A stretch of DNA of 64,000 nt from Cytophagales bacterium (lineage in GTDB: Bacteria > Bacteroidota > Bacteroidia > Cytophagales > 172606-1). This document shows, piece after piece, positions 18,913 through 29,085 of the stretch; position 1 is the stretch's first letter; every line of letters begins with the position of its first letter. The notes beneath the pieces were generated by a model that worked only from the letters and a program-made list of their open reading frames with translations, was not told the origin of the DNA and did no database searches. Location: NCBI GenBank assembly GCA_030446715.1, contig JAUJMU010000015.1, forward strand, positions 36,953-100,952. Reading direction: 5' to 3'. Position numbers and translations under genes: made by a program.

Positions 18913-20209
18913 GCAAATCAATTTGATGGATGGCAGTGGCAATTCCGGCGGTGGTCCAGAAAATTATATTATCCATCCAGTTGAAAACGGCCAGGTTGAG
19001 GTAAAATACAGTGGGTAGCTGGATAATGGCCAGCACCATGGCAATCAGTTTATAACTGCTTTCGGTTACGGAAAACATAGTGCGGACAGTGAAGCCAAAT
19101 ACCCACAGCCGCAGTACGGTGACGATCAGAAAGCCGATCAGGCCCAGTTCAATCACCACCCGTTCCGATTCTTCTTCCCAGTACACGGGCATTCTTTCGC
19201 GGCCGGTCAGGTATTTCTGGTTGGCTTCATAGGTGGTGCCGGGGCCGAAGCCGATCAGGCCCGAGGTATCCAGAAACTTGAAGGGGTCAAGGGCGTCTTC
19301 CACGCGGTAGCCAACGTCGCTGTTGCCTTCCACGCGGGCCACAAAGGCATCCAAGGCTTCAGTGCCCTGCTCCGTCTGGGTGAGCACCACCAGCCCGAGC
19401 AGGCTGACTACCACCAACTGGACTATGAAAAGGCTTTTGTTCAGTTTATGCCCGGCAAAGCCCAGTCCGATGCCGAGGGAAATGAGGATCACATCTATCA
19501 CAAAAAAGCCAACCGGTCCCCTTGAGCCCGTCATCAGCAGGTTCAAAAGACCCAGCAGAAAAACCGCAATGACCACCACGCGGCCCTGCTTCATCCGGAA
19601 ACCAGTCGTAACCAGAATAAACATAAAGGGCATCACGAAACTGAGCAGCGCCGTGTGACCGGCCAGGTACGAAAACACCGTAGTAATCCGGGCATGGTCT
19701 CCCACCACAGCAATGCCAAGGTCTTCGCTGACGTACTTGTTGATGAAACTGTCGGGTGGTGAGAAATACTGGATCATACCCAGTACGAAAATGGGCAGCA
19801 TTACCCACACGAGTACCGAAAAGATTTTGTCGATCTGCGCGCTGCGGGTAATTGCCCTCGGCAGCAGAAACACCAGCGGCAGGAACCCAAGGTGCACGGC
19901 CATGCCCACAAACCCGACTACCGGAGTATCGGTAACGTCCATATTGAACAGCTCCAGTAGGCAGTAGATGACAAAAAAGAGCAGTACACCCATGTAGGGT
20001 GCACTCACGCGGGATATCTTTTCCCGGTTGCCAATGAAATAAAGCGTCAGTACGGCCATGATGGCATACTTGCCGAAGAAAAGGGGACTGGCAAGGCCCG
20101 GCAGTACCCACTTGCGCAGTGAGCCTTCCAGCAGAATCCAGATGTAGAAGAAGATCAGCCCTTTCCGGAAGAAAGTGGTCAGGCCGCTATAGGTATGAAT
20201 GGACGACAC
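18869..20209 (-). CDS. O-antigen ligase/polymerase-like multi-pass membrane protein (Wzy_C-type)
   Basis: 446 aa with ~10-12 hydrophobic helices and one larger loop. Embedded among glycosyltransferases. Ligase versus polymerase cannot be decided from sequence alone. Confidence 0.6.
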   Translation of the reverse strand: MSSIHTYSGLTTFFRKGLIFFYIWILLEGSLRKWVLPGLASPLFFGKYAIMAVLTLYFIGNREKISRVSAPYMGVLLFFVIYCLLELFNMDVTDTPVVGFVGMAVHLGFLPLVFLLPRAITRSAQIDKIFSVLVWVMLPIFVLGMIQYFSPPDSFINKYVSEDLGIAVVGDHARITTVFSYLAGHTALLSFVMPFMFILVTTGFRMKQGRVVVIAVFLLGLLNLLMTGSRGPVGFFVIDVILISLGIGLGFAGHKLNKSLFIVQLVVVSLLGLVVLTQTEQGTEALDAFVARVEGNSDVGYRVEDALDPFKFLDTSGLIGFGPGTTYEANQKYLTGRERMPVYWEEESERVVIELGLIGFLIVTVLRLWVFGFTVRTMFSVTESSYKLIAMVLAIIQLPTVFYLNLAVFNWMDNIIFWTTAGIATAIHQIDLHEKQKTSNLSLASG

Positions 20210-20212
20210 GTT

Positions 20213-21241
20213 TTACCGGTTTTTTGTACTTGATGTATGTTGCTCAAAAATACGAAGGTATTCATCTCCGATTTGCCGGGCTGAGTGCTTGCTCAGGTGC
20301 TCCGCCGCCGGCAGGCGGTATTGTTGCAGCGAACCCGGGTTAGTGAGCAGGAGGCTCAGCTTTTCCGCCAGTTCGCGGGCATCGCCGTTTTTAAAAGTAA
20401 GACCGCAGGGTCCGATGGCTTCCGGCAAACCGCCGCCTTCCGAACCCACCACCACGCAGCCGCAGGCAATTGCTTCAAGGGCCACTACGCCGAAAGGTTC
20501 TTTCCAGCGGGAGGGCACCACCATGATCCGGTGCCGGTTCAGCAGCCGGATCAGGTCTTCGCCGGTGACGGTGCCGGTAAAGGTCACTTGGTCTTCCAGA
20601 CCGTACTGACGGGTCAGTTGCTGCAAAGTTTCCTTTTCCGGGCCTTCACCCGTAATTGTGCACCGGAAGGTCAGCCCCCTGGCCTTTACCTCCTTCAGCG
20701 CCTCCAGCAGCAGATCGGCGCCTTTGTCGGATACCAGCCGTCCCAGAAATACAAATTCGCGGTCCGGCGTGATGCCTTCTATTTTACGGAAAACCGGCCG
20801 GTAAGGATTAGGTACAATATGACATTTTGCCGGAATGTGTCCGGCAATGGCCTTACTGATGGCGATGTTCTGCGCAAACCGGCACACCAGCAGTTTGAGC
20901 CGGTCCTGCCAGCCGGTACTGCCGTCGGTGCGGCGGTACCAGGTGTGGTGCGTAACAAACAATGTGCGCCGAACCCGCAGCAGCGGCCATAAGGCTTTCA
21001 TGCTGATACAGGCCTGATAATAAACTTCGCACCAGCGGGTCAGGTCCGGCAGTTGCGATCCGGACGGATTCCGGATAACCTGAAAAGGAAAGCTATTGTC
21101 GCTACCGTTGCGCGCTGCCGTTTCCGTCACCACCTTTACCTCGTGCCCCCCTTCCGCAAACTGGTGGGCAAGGGTGAGTACCACGGTTTCCATGCCGCCC
21201 ACACTGGGGTAAAAAAGGGTAGAATACATCAGTATTTTCAT
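20213..21241 (-). CDS. Glycosyltransferase family 4
   Basis: N-terminal MKILMYSTLFYPSVGGMETVV and C-terminal VVPSRWKEPFGVVALEAIACGCVVVGSEGGGLPE. Confidence 0.85.
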   Translation of the reverse strand: MKILMYSTLFYPSVGGMETVVLTLAHQFAEGGHEVKVVTETAARNGSDNSFPFQVIRNPSGSQLPDLTRWCEVYYQACISMKALWPLLRVRRTLFVTHHTWYRRTDGSTGWQDRLKLLVCRFAQNIAISKAIAGHIPAKCHIVPNPYRPVFRKIEGITPDREFVFLGRLVSDKGADLLLEALKEVKARGLTFRCTITGEGPEKETLQQLTRQYGLEDQVTFTGTVTGEDLIRLLNRHRIMVVPSRWKEPFGVVALEAIACGCVVVGSEGGGLPEAIGPCGLTFKNGDARELAEKLSLLLTNPGSLQQYRLPAAEHLSKHSARQIGDEYLRIFEQHTSSTKNR

Positions 21242-21278
21242 GGCTTTTCAGGTCAGATACAGAGGCGGTTCAGGCTTT

Positions 21279-22424
21279 TCAGGAAAGAATAGCCTGGTAA
21301 CTTTCGGCTATCTTCTCCCAGCTCAGCCGGTTGCTGTAGGTTTCGGCGGTGCCGGCCTGCAGCTTTTTCCGCAACGCTTCGTCCTGCACAATCTTACGGG
21401 CATTTTCGAGGGTGGTCTGGTAATCGCCTTCCCGGGCCAGCAGTGCATTTACCCCGTTCCGGAAGAAGTCGTCGGTCATGTGGCCGGCGGTGCCGATCAC
21501 CGGAAGGCCGGCCGCGTAAGCCGCTGCCAGCGAACCGCTTTTAGTGGTAAGGCCGCCGCGTTTTTCCTCCAGCAGGATAAAGGCATTGCCGCAGGAAAGC
21601 ACCTCAAACAGCCGGTCACTGGGCAGATAACCCGTTACCACCACCCGGTTTTCCAGCCCCAGGTCTCCGATCTGCAGGTTGAGCCGCTGGATGGCCGCTC
21701 CGCTCAGGTTACCCAGCAGCAGAAGTTTTACCGGCAGGCCCTCCTTTACAAGGTCGTCAATCACCTTCACGGCTGCTTCCTGATCACGGATGCCGAACGA
21801 AACAAAAAGAAACTCGCCGTCGGGTGCATACTGCCTTTTCAGCTCAAACAGCCGGAGGGGCGAAAGCGTTACCGGAACAATGTTGCTGCCGATGGGAATG
21901 CGGGTGATCTTGCCGCGCAGTAGCCCCAGTTGACGCCTGGTACGGGCTATGCTTACAATAACGCGGTCGGCCAAAGCCCCGATGGCGTAGGCAATCACCC
22001 GCTGCCCTACGGCTACCGGCCAGTATTTAGCTGATTTCCACTCCAGGTCAATGAATATTTCGTGACAGGTAACGGCCACGCGGTAGCCTTTCAGCTTCAG
22101 CCGGGCCAGCAGCAGACAGAACCAGAAGGGCAACCCGTAGTAGTTGTATGAGTAGGGCACGTACTGCGGAATCACCCAGTCAGGTTTTATTTCGTCGAGC
22201 AGCTTGGTAATAGTGACAATGGCAGTCCGGTCCCAGTTGCTGATCAGAGGGAGTACTTTCAGCAACGGTTCTTCCAGCGCAAACCGCCTGATTTCTTCCT
22301 TACGGGAACAGATTACGTAAACCGTGTGTCCTGCCTTTGCCAGTTGCTTTCCTGCGTGATACGTATAATCGCCTACCCCGTCAACAACGGGTGGAAAATT
22401 ATCCGCGATAAAAAGTAGTTTCAT
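21279..22424 (-). CDS. Glycosyltransferase family 4-like
   Basis: MKLLFIADNFPPVVDGVGDYTYH N-terminus and GT-B-type C-terminal half. Start set at MKLLF. Confidence 0.8.
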   Translation of the reverse strand: MKLLFIADNFPPVVDGVGDYTYHAGKQLAKAGHTVYVICSRKEEIRRFALEEPLLKVLPLISNWDRTAIVTITKLLDEIKPDWVIPQYVPYSYNYYGLPFWFCLLLARLKLKGYRVAVTCHEIFIDLEWKSAKYWPVAVGQRVIAYAIGALADRVIVSIARTRRQLGLLRGKITRIPIGSNIVPVTLSPLRLFELKRQYAPDGEFLFVSFGIRDQEAAVKVIDDLVKEGLPVKLLLLGNLSGAAIQRLNLQIGDLGLENRVVVTGYLPSDRLFEVLSCGNAFILLEEKRGGLTTKSGSLAAAYAAGLPVIGTAGHMTDDFFRNGVNALLAREGDYQTTLENARKIVQDEALRKKLQAGTAETYSNRLSWEKIAESYQAILS

Positions 22425-22457
22425 AGATGGATCTCCGCAGCCGGGCAACCTTAAGAA

Positions 22458-23225
22458 TTATACCACAAAGCCTTGCTCCTTGAAGTAAGGGCGCCAGAAA
22501 TCAAGGTCATACATGTGCCACCGGTGGCAGCCAAATGGCAACTGGCGGTTGTTCAGCTCAAAAAGTTCGCGGGGGGAGCCGTCATACCCGAAGTTCTTCA
22601 CCTTCTCGAATTGGGGCACTTTGAAAAACGGGTTCAGCAGCGGAATTTTGAAGCTCCAGAACATATCTTCGCCAAAACCCTTACCAACATCGGTAGCAAA
22701 AGGTTTGAAAATCTTGCTGTTAACGTAATGGGGCTTTACCTTCCGCAGGCAAAAGCCACCATTGCCGTTGTAGCGGTTTTTGGTCAGCTTCAGGAAATGG
22801 CGCAGTTTGGAGTAGGTCCAGAACATATTGATGAAATCTGTATTGTAAATGGCTGCCCCTACATAATCATAATCCTTATTGCACCATTCTTCCAGTTCGT
22901 TACGGAACACGAATGAATCGGTGTGGTAAATCAGAATAAACTTGTAATCCAGGAAACGCTCATAAAACCGGCTGGAAACCATAAGCTCGTCAAAGCCGTA
23001 CACTCCGGGCCGATAGTCCATTTTCAGGAAGGATACATCGTCCTTGCCTCTGCTAAGTTCCTCATACCGGCTGGTATCAAGAGTGATACGGGACAAAAAA
23101 ACGAGGGGATAATTGCCCAGCACTTTCAAACATTGCCGGATTGATATTTCTTCAAAGTAGGTAGGTTTCTCGTTATGGACCGGTATAACAACGGCAACTT
23201 GTTTTTTACACATCCTGGTAAACAT
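22458..23225 (-). CDS. DUF5672-like putative glycosyltransferase
   Basis: VAVVIPVHNEKP.. and ..NGNGGFCLRKV.. resemble what I recall of DUF5672 proteins. The family name is unverified. Confidence 0.5.
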   Translation of the reverse strand: MFTRMCKKQVAVVIPVHNEKPTYFEEISIRQCLKVLGNYPLVFLSRITLDTSRYEELSRGKDDVSFLKMDYRPGVYGFDELMVSSRFYERFLDYKFILIYHTDSFVFRNELEEWCNKDYDYVGAAIYNTDFINMFWTYSKLRHFLKLTKNRYNGNGGFCLRKVKPHYVNSKIFKPFATDVGKGFGEDMFWSFKIPLLNPFFKVPQFEKVKNFGYDGSPRELFELNNRQLPFGCHRWHMYDLDFWRPYFKEQGFVV

Positions 23226-23285
23226 TCAAGGTAATCTGACCATGGTATAAAGTTTTAAAGTTACTTTTCATGGCTGTTTCTCCCA

Positions 23286-24431
23286 CTACACCGGCTCATC
23301 TGAAACATTAACCGGCAGAAATTTCGTGAAAAAACCCTCCGGACTCAGGTAATCTTCCCAAAGGGTACGGCAATCTCTCTGCAACTGAGCAAACTGCCGT
23401 TTGTCCGCTTTATCATGAAATTTTTGAACTATAGTATCTATACGGAAAATTTCATTTTCGTTTACCCAAACACAATATTTATTCCAGTCGATCTGATCTT
23501 CAAAAGGCAGTGGACTGTCAGTATTCACAAAAACAGGTATCCGGCCTAAGGCCAGTGTTTCATAAAATCGGTAGGAGAAATTGCCGTTTCCGCGGCCGCA
23601 GAGGACATAATCTGATGATACTATATTATCGAAATACTCGCGGCGGAAGTCAGTGGCTGATTTAGTCTGGGTTTTCCCCATAATGCCATTGGTGCTGTCG
23701 AATGCGGAGTAGGTACGCACAATAAAATTGGCTGCTACCCTGCGGGAGCCCAGAATTTTTTTAACTGCCAGTGCCCGCGGAGCATGAAAAGCATCCTTGC
23801 CCAATATAGACAACAAATTGGAACGGTACATCAGCAGGCGTATTTCTTCCTGCAGGCGGTACTTTCCCCACGGCAGGGCCAGCGGCGCAGCAAATCCGCA
23901 GAAGCCAATTACCGCCTTTGCCCCTTTTTCGCGCACAGCCACCTTGCCGCCGTAATCCTGGAGCGGATCACGGATAAAGGCAGGCATGCTTTTCAGGTTG
24001 TCCGGCCGCGAAGACTGGAAAGCTGAATAGGCAAAAATCAAGGGGTTGGTAAAGGGAATCTCTCTCACAAACCGGTTTATTTCCGGATCGTACGGGTAAA
24101 ACAGAACAACCGGTTTGCCTGATTGTTGCTCGTGCTGCACATATGCGGCCAACCTTTCCTTGTAGAAGGCATCAGTGTCGTCGTGCTGGTAATCGTACGG
24201 AAAAATAATAAAGTCACAGTCAGTGGGAGAGGCCAGTTGCAGGAAATCCCTGCCCTGCGAGGCGTATTGATCAAATACTCCCTCCTTCAGAACCGCTTCC
24301 GGATAGCCCGGCCAGTCGGGCAGTCCGCACAAGGGAAAAAGAAAGGGTGTTTTCAGCCGCTGATTTTCCAGATCCGATGCATCGGCAAACACCTTGATCT
24401 TTTCGCTGGTTTGGGCATACATCAGCACCAT
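23286..24431 (-). CDS. Exostosin-like (GT47-type) glycosyltransferase
   Basis: C-terminal ..CGRGNGNFSYRFYETLALGRIPVFVNTD.. is typical of exostosin-family proteins. Confidence 0.6.
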   Translation of the reverse strand: MVLMYAQTSEKIKVFADASDLENQRLKTPFLFPLCGLPDWPGYPEAVLKEGVFDQYASQGRDFLQLASPTDCDFIIFPYDYQHDDTDAFYKERLAAYVQHEQQSGKPVVLFYPYDPEINRFVREIPFTNPLIFAYSAFQSSRPDNLKSMPAFIRDPLQDYGGKVAVREKGAKAVIGFCGFAAPLALPWGKYRLQEEIRLLMYRSNLLSILGKDAFHAPRALAVKKILGSRRVAANFIVRTYSAFDSTNGIMGKTQTKSATDFRREYFDNIVSSDYVLCGRGNGNFSYRFYETLALGRIPVFVNTDSPLPFEDQIDWNKYCVWVNENEIFRIDTIVQKFHDKADKRQFAQLQRDCRTLWEDYLSPEGFFTKFLPVNVSDEPV

Positions 24432-24451
24432 AAATTAGTGTGGAGGTTCTG

Positions 24452-25741
24452 TCAGATCGTTCTGGCGGTAGTCCTGACGTCAACCTGTTCCCAGCGGGCA
24501 TTCCACACCACCGGTCCCTGACCCTGAAAATCGCTGTGGCCGAACCCAAATACATCGGATGGCAGAATATCAAAATGTACCTGCTCTACCAAAGTCCTGG
24601 CTTTCTCATCATTGCAGTAAAGGGCCGGACTGAACGTATAACGGCCGGGAGTCAAATGTACACCTTCATTCAACACCCGGATTTCGGTTACCTCACCGGG
24701 TCTTACCATAAACTTGGTTCCGTAGTAATCCGAGAAAATAGTACCCAGCCGGTTGCCTGCCGAATCAGTAATTGTGCCGCCCAGCCCGATTTTACCCCGC
24801 ATCCGTTCGGAGAAGCGCACAAAGAAACGGAACCCTATTTTCTGATCCGCAAAGATCTCCCGGCTGAAGGAGATGGCCTCAGTTTCATAAGGGCCGGAAT
24901 TTTCGGAGGAAAATACTTCACAGCCCAGTATCCCGAATGTGTCGGTTGTAAAAATATCAATGCCGGCATGAGGATTTTCTACCGGTTTGAGGTATTCAGC
25001 CGATACCTGATTGATGTTACCTGACATCTGCACTTGGCCGCCCTTAAGCAGGATGCCCTGGTTGCAGAGCCGGCGGATCGTACCCATGTTGTGGCTTACA
25101 AACAACACGGTGCGGCCCTGGTTCTTGCTGACGTCTTCCATCTTTCCGAGGCACTTGTTCTGGAAGTTCATGTCGCCAACGGCCAGTACTTCATCTACGA
25201 TCAGGATCTCGGGCTCCAGGTGGGCCGCTACGGCAAAAGCCAGCCGGACGAACATGCCCGAAGAATACCGCTTGACAGGCGTGTCCAGAAATTTTTCCAC
25301 TTCTGAAAAAGATACTATTTCGTCAAACTTGCGGTCTATTTCGGCCCGTTTCATGCCCAGAATGGTACCGTTAAGGTATATATTTTCCCGGCCGGTGAGT
25401 TCCGGATGAAAACCGGTTCCTACTTCCAGCAAACTGGCAATACGGCCTTTGATGGAAATAGATCCCTGGGTGGGTTCGGTGATGCGGCTCAGGATTTTAA
25501 GCGTAGTCGACTTGCCGGCTCCATTATGTCCGATGATCCCGACGCGGTCTCCCTGCCTGATTTCAAAGTTCAAATCTTTAAGTGCCCAGAACTCTTCAGT
25601 TTTTTCGTTCCTGAATTTATCCGGTTGAAAAATCCGGCGTACCTGCTGGGTCATTGCACCGCGGAAGGTATATTCATTTTCCTTGTTGTGGGTAATGATG
25701 TATTTCTTACCTAAATTTTCTACTTTAATTGCAGTATGCAT
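24452..25741 (-). CDS. wzt: Polysaccharide ABC exporter ATP-binding protein (Wzt/TagH-type) with extra C-terminal domain
   Basis: Walker A GHNGAGKSTTLK, signature YSSGMFVRL, Walker B ILIVDEVL. An additional ~180 aa C-terminal domain matches chain-recognising Wzt proteins. Confidence 0.85.
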   Translation of the reverse strand: MHTAIKVENLGKKYIITHNKENEYTFRGAMTQQVRRIFQPDKFRNEKTEEFWALKDLNFEIRQGDRVGIIGHNGAGKSTTLKILSRITEPTQGSISIKGRIASLLEVGTGFHPELTGRENIYLNGTILGMKRAEIDRKFDEIVSFSEVEKFLDTPVKRYSSGMFVRLAFAVAAHLEPEILIVDEVLAVGDMNFQNKCLGKMEDVSKNQGRTVLFVSHNMGTIRRLCNQGILLKGGQVQMSGNINQVSAEYLKPVENPHAGIDIFTTDTFGILGCEVFSSENSGPYETEAISFSREIFADQKIGFRFFVRFSERMRGKIGLGGTITDSAGNRLGTIFSDYYGTKFMVRPGEVTEIRVLNEGVHLTPGRYTFSPALYCNDEKARTLVEQVHFDILPSDVFGFGHSDFQGQGPVVWNARWEQVDVRTTARTI

Positions 25742-25803
25742 AATAAGTTTTTATTTAATCGACTGTTCAAATTTGCCCGCAGGCTGGAAACCGTATCTTT
25801 CCG

Positions 25804-26654
25804 TCAGATAATATCTGCAAAACCTTTCTCGGTTTTGCGGAAGTAGCGGATGCCCACCCACAGCAAAATCAATGTTACGCCGGTTGATATCAGCAAGCCG
25901 GGCACGAACAGAATTTCGTCTACTCCGAAAATAGCCCACCGGAAACCATCAATTACGCCTACCAGCGGATTCAGCGAATAAAGGAGCCGCCAGTTGGCAC
26001 CAAACTTTTCAGTAATGATCAGACTGCTGTAGGCTACCGGAGACACGAACATGCCAAACTGAATGATAAAAGGCATCACGAACCGGAAGTCGCGGTACTT
26101 TACGTTTACGGCCGTCAGGAGCAGACCGATTCCAAAAGCTGCCAGAAAACCAAGCAGCAGAAATGCCGGCAGGAAAACAATTTTCCAGCTGGGCACCAGT
26201 CCGTAAAAGGCGAACATCACGATCAGCAGTCCGAAAGAAACCAGAAAGTCCACCAGGCTCACAATAACTGTACTGGCCGGCACGATGATGCGGGGAAAAT
26301 AAATTTTGGTAATCAGGTTGGCGTTCTGCACGAGGCTGTTGCTGCCTTCGGAAAGGGCACTGGAAAAAACTGCCAGGGCAGCATGGCCGCAAAAACAAAG
26401 ATCAGGTAGTATCTGGAGTCAACCTCAGAGGTGAGCTGGGCAATACGGCCGAACAGTACCGTAAAAACAATGGTACTCAGCAGAGGCCGCAGCACACTCC
26501 AGACCACCCCGAGGACAGTCTGTTTGTAGCGGATTTTCAGATCGCGCCAAGTCAGTATGTAAAACAGTTCGCGGAAGCGCCATATGTCCTGCCAGTAGTT
26601 TTTTTCAACAACGCCTGGCCGGATCACAATGTCAAAGTCGTCTTGATGATTCAT
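25804..26654 (-). pseudogene. wzm: ABC-2 type polysaccharide exporter permease (Wzm) with one apparent frameshift
   Basis: ORFs 26313-26696 and 25804-26331 join to ..MLPWQFFSSALSEGSNSLVQNANLITKIYFPR.. if one base is added in the A6 run at 26364-26369. Confidence 0.8.
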
Positions 26655-26709
26655 GTGGAGAGTAAAATGGGAATCGGGATAAATATCAAATATCAAACAT
26701 CGAACCTGC

Positions 26710-29073
26710 TTACGCCGTCAGCCGCTTCCACCAGGAGGGCCTGGCTCCCTGATAATACTCGGCGCTGTAGTAACTCCGGCGGTACCCTGAGTCCAGCTTT
26801 TTCATGTCAACGTAGTTGAAGAGCAGGGCCATCTTAATGTGCGGGTTGTTCTGGTGCAGCTCATTCAGGTCTTCGAGCAGCGGTTTGGTGGTATGGTTCT
26901 GGCGTACCACGCAGATCGAAAGATCGGCGTACTTGAGCAGTACCACGCTGTCGGAGAATGCCCCGATGGGCGGTGTATCAATGATGATGTAATCAAAGCT
27001 GGCTTTCACTGTTTCGATCAGGTGCTGCATCCGGGGTGTAATCAGCAGTTCTGATGGATTAGGCGGTACTTCGCCCGATTTTACGTAAAACAGGTTGTCG
27101 CCTTTGGTACGCAGAATGATCTCGTCAATGGTGGCTTTGCCCGAAAGGTAATGGCTCAGGCCGGTAAATCCTTCAGCTTCCAGATCTTCATTGCGGTCAG
27201 GTTTCCGCATGTCAGCGTTGATCAGCAGTGTCTTCTTGCCGGAAAGGGACAGCACAAATGACAGGTATTTGGAGCAATAGGTCTTTCCTTCACGGCTGAT
27301 GGAAGAGACAAACAGCAATACTTTGGCGCTGTCAGTAGCGTGATGCTCCTCGCTGTCAATAAAATAGCTGAGGTTGGTCCGCACCGACCGGAATGACTCA
27401 GCCGTGAGTGAAGCTTTGTAGGAATACGAAATTGCCTTTTCCCGCGCACCGTCATAGCCGATAATGCCCAGCAGGGGCAGTGAACTGTGGTTCATCAGAT
27501 CCCGCTTGGTTACCAGCTTGTTGTTGAACGTATCCTTTACGGTAATGAGGGCAATGGGAAGCAGCAGGCCGATGATCAGCGCAGTCAGGTAGTTTTTGAC
27601 CGGATTCTGTACGGTGCCTTCTACCCGGGCCACATCTACCGGTTTGTAATCGGAGGCAGTGGAGGCCCGGGCAATTCCTGCTTCTGCCTTCTTCTGCATC
27701 AGAAACGAAACCAGTTCGTTGCTGGCCCGGAAGCTGCGCTGAATGTCGTCGAATTCGCGTTCTTCCACCGGGATGACGCGCTGCTGCATGGCCCGGTAAC
27801 TGGCAATCCGGCTGTTGACGTTGTTCAGCTTGAGGGAGTTGGCCGATTTCAGCGTAGAGATATTGCGCAGAATTGAACCTTTAAGCGTCTCGATGCGCTT
27901 CAGGCTGGCAGCAATCAGCGGATTCTTGGACGACTGATTTCCGGTGCCATAAGCGGCAGTTTCGGCCTGCAGTTCACTCAGTTCCTTTATGTTCTGCGTC
28001 AGGATAGGGCTGTCAAAGCCGGCATCTGCGGGAATCGCGATCTGGCTGATGTCGGCGTTCTGCTGCAGCCGGTCAATGAGAAAGTCAGCGTAACGGATGG
28101 AGACACCGAGGGTAGCCCGTTCCCTTTCAAGGGTGCGGAGTTCTTCGCGGATGTCCTGGCTTTTGGCTGCAATGTCTGATGTTTCATTGGTACTCTTGAA
28201 CGTCTGGATCTTGCCCTGAATGGTGTTGAGGGAGTCGCTGCTGCGGCTGAGCAGCTGGTCAATGAACTGGCTGGTTTTGGCGGTAGCCATGTTCTTTTCC
28301 CTCAGATCATTGCGGATAAAAGTTTCGACGTGCCTGTTCAGAAAATCTCTTTCCTTGTCAGCATTGAGCCCTACGGAGGTCAGTACGAGAATAGATGCAT
28401 CTTTGGCCTCAGATTCTACCTTCAGTTTTTCCCGGTACTCATCGGCAAGGCTTTCCATTGTGTTGAGGCGGAAAAGGATTTCACTGTTTCCTGACTGAAC
28501 AGGTTGCCTGAGCAGAATGGTGAACTTCCAGCCGTTCACGATATTGGCCTTGCCGAATTCAAACTGTTTGCCTTCAAAATGGGGCTGAAGTTCTTTGTTT
28601 TCGGGCTTCAGAAAGTACTTTTCTGGTCCGGCAACCGAGCAGGTGATCAGCTCCCCGTAAGGAATAAACTTGGATGAGGTATCTGCCACCACTTCAATGG
28701 GGCTGTTTTTGTACAATTCCTCCCGGACGGTTTCGGTATCCATGAAGTAGCTGACCCCGAAATTAAGCTCCGACAAGGTAGCTTCAATGAGACTTTTGGA
28801 TGTCAGGAAGTATATCTCGTTGTACAGGTTTACGGCCGGCGTCTTGTCGGCGGCGCGGCTGAGCAATACCTCATCTACGGTATTGAGCCTGTCTTTTGAC
28901 TGCTTGATGTATACTGAAGACGAAACCGTATAAAGCGGAGCAGTGTACCGGTTGATCAGGTAGGCTCCGGCAAGGCAAAGAGATATTGATAAGGCCAGCC
29001 AGTACCACTTTCGCATGATTTTGGCCGCAAGCTTGCCCAGGCTGAACGTGTTTTGAGCGTTGTTGATGTCCAC
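26710..29073 (-). CDS. wzc: Polysaccharide co-polymerase / tyrosine autokinase (Wzc/GumC-type)
   Basis: 787 aa. N-terminal TM, long coiled periplasmic region, second TM, cytoplasmic P-loop domain (SSISREGKT), and a Tyr-rich tail (YRRSYYSAEYY). Confidence 0.85.
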   Translation of the reverse strand: MDINNAQNTFSLGKLAAKIMRKWYWLALSISLCLAGAYLINRYTAPLYTVSSSVYIKQSKDRLNTVDEVLLSRAADKTPAVNLYNEIYFLTSKSLIEATLSELNFGVSYFMDTETVREELYKNSPIEVVADTSSKFIPYGELITCSVAGPEKYFLKPENKELQPHFEGKQFEFGKANIVNGWKFTILLRQPVQSGNSEILFRLNTMESLADEYREKLKVESEAKDASILVLTSVGLNADKERDFLNRHVETFIRNDLREKNMATAKTSQFIDQLLSRSSDSLNTIQGKIQTFKSTNETSDIAAKSQDIREELRTLERERATLGVSIRYADFLIDRLQQNADISQIAIPADAGFDSPILTQNIKELSELQAETAAYGTGNQSSKNPLIAASLKRIETLKGSILRNISTLKSANSLKLNNVNSRIASYRAMQQRVIPVEEREFDDIQRSFRASNELVSFLMQKKAEAGIARASTASDYKPVDVARVEGTVQNPVKNYLTALIIGLLLPIALITVKDTFNNKLVTKRDLMNHSSLPLLGIIGYDGAREKAISYSYKASLTAESFRSVRTNLSYFIDSEEHHATDSAKVLLFVSSISREGKTYCSKYLSFVLSLSGKKTLLINADMRKPDRNEDLEAEGFTGLSHYLSGKATIDEIILRTKGDNLFYVKSGEVPPNPSELLITPRMQHLIETVKASFDYIIIDTPPIGAFSDSVVLLKYADLSICVVRQNHTTKPLLEDLNELHQNNPHIKMALLFNYVDMKKLDSGYRRSYYSAEYYQGARPSWWKRLTA

Positions 29074-29085
29074 TGTATTATGAAA

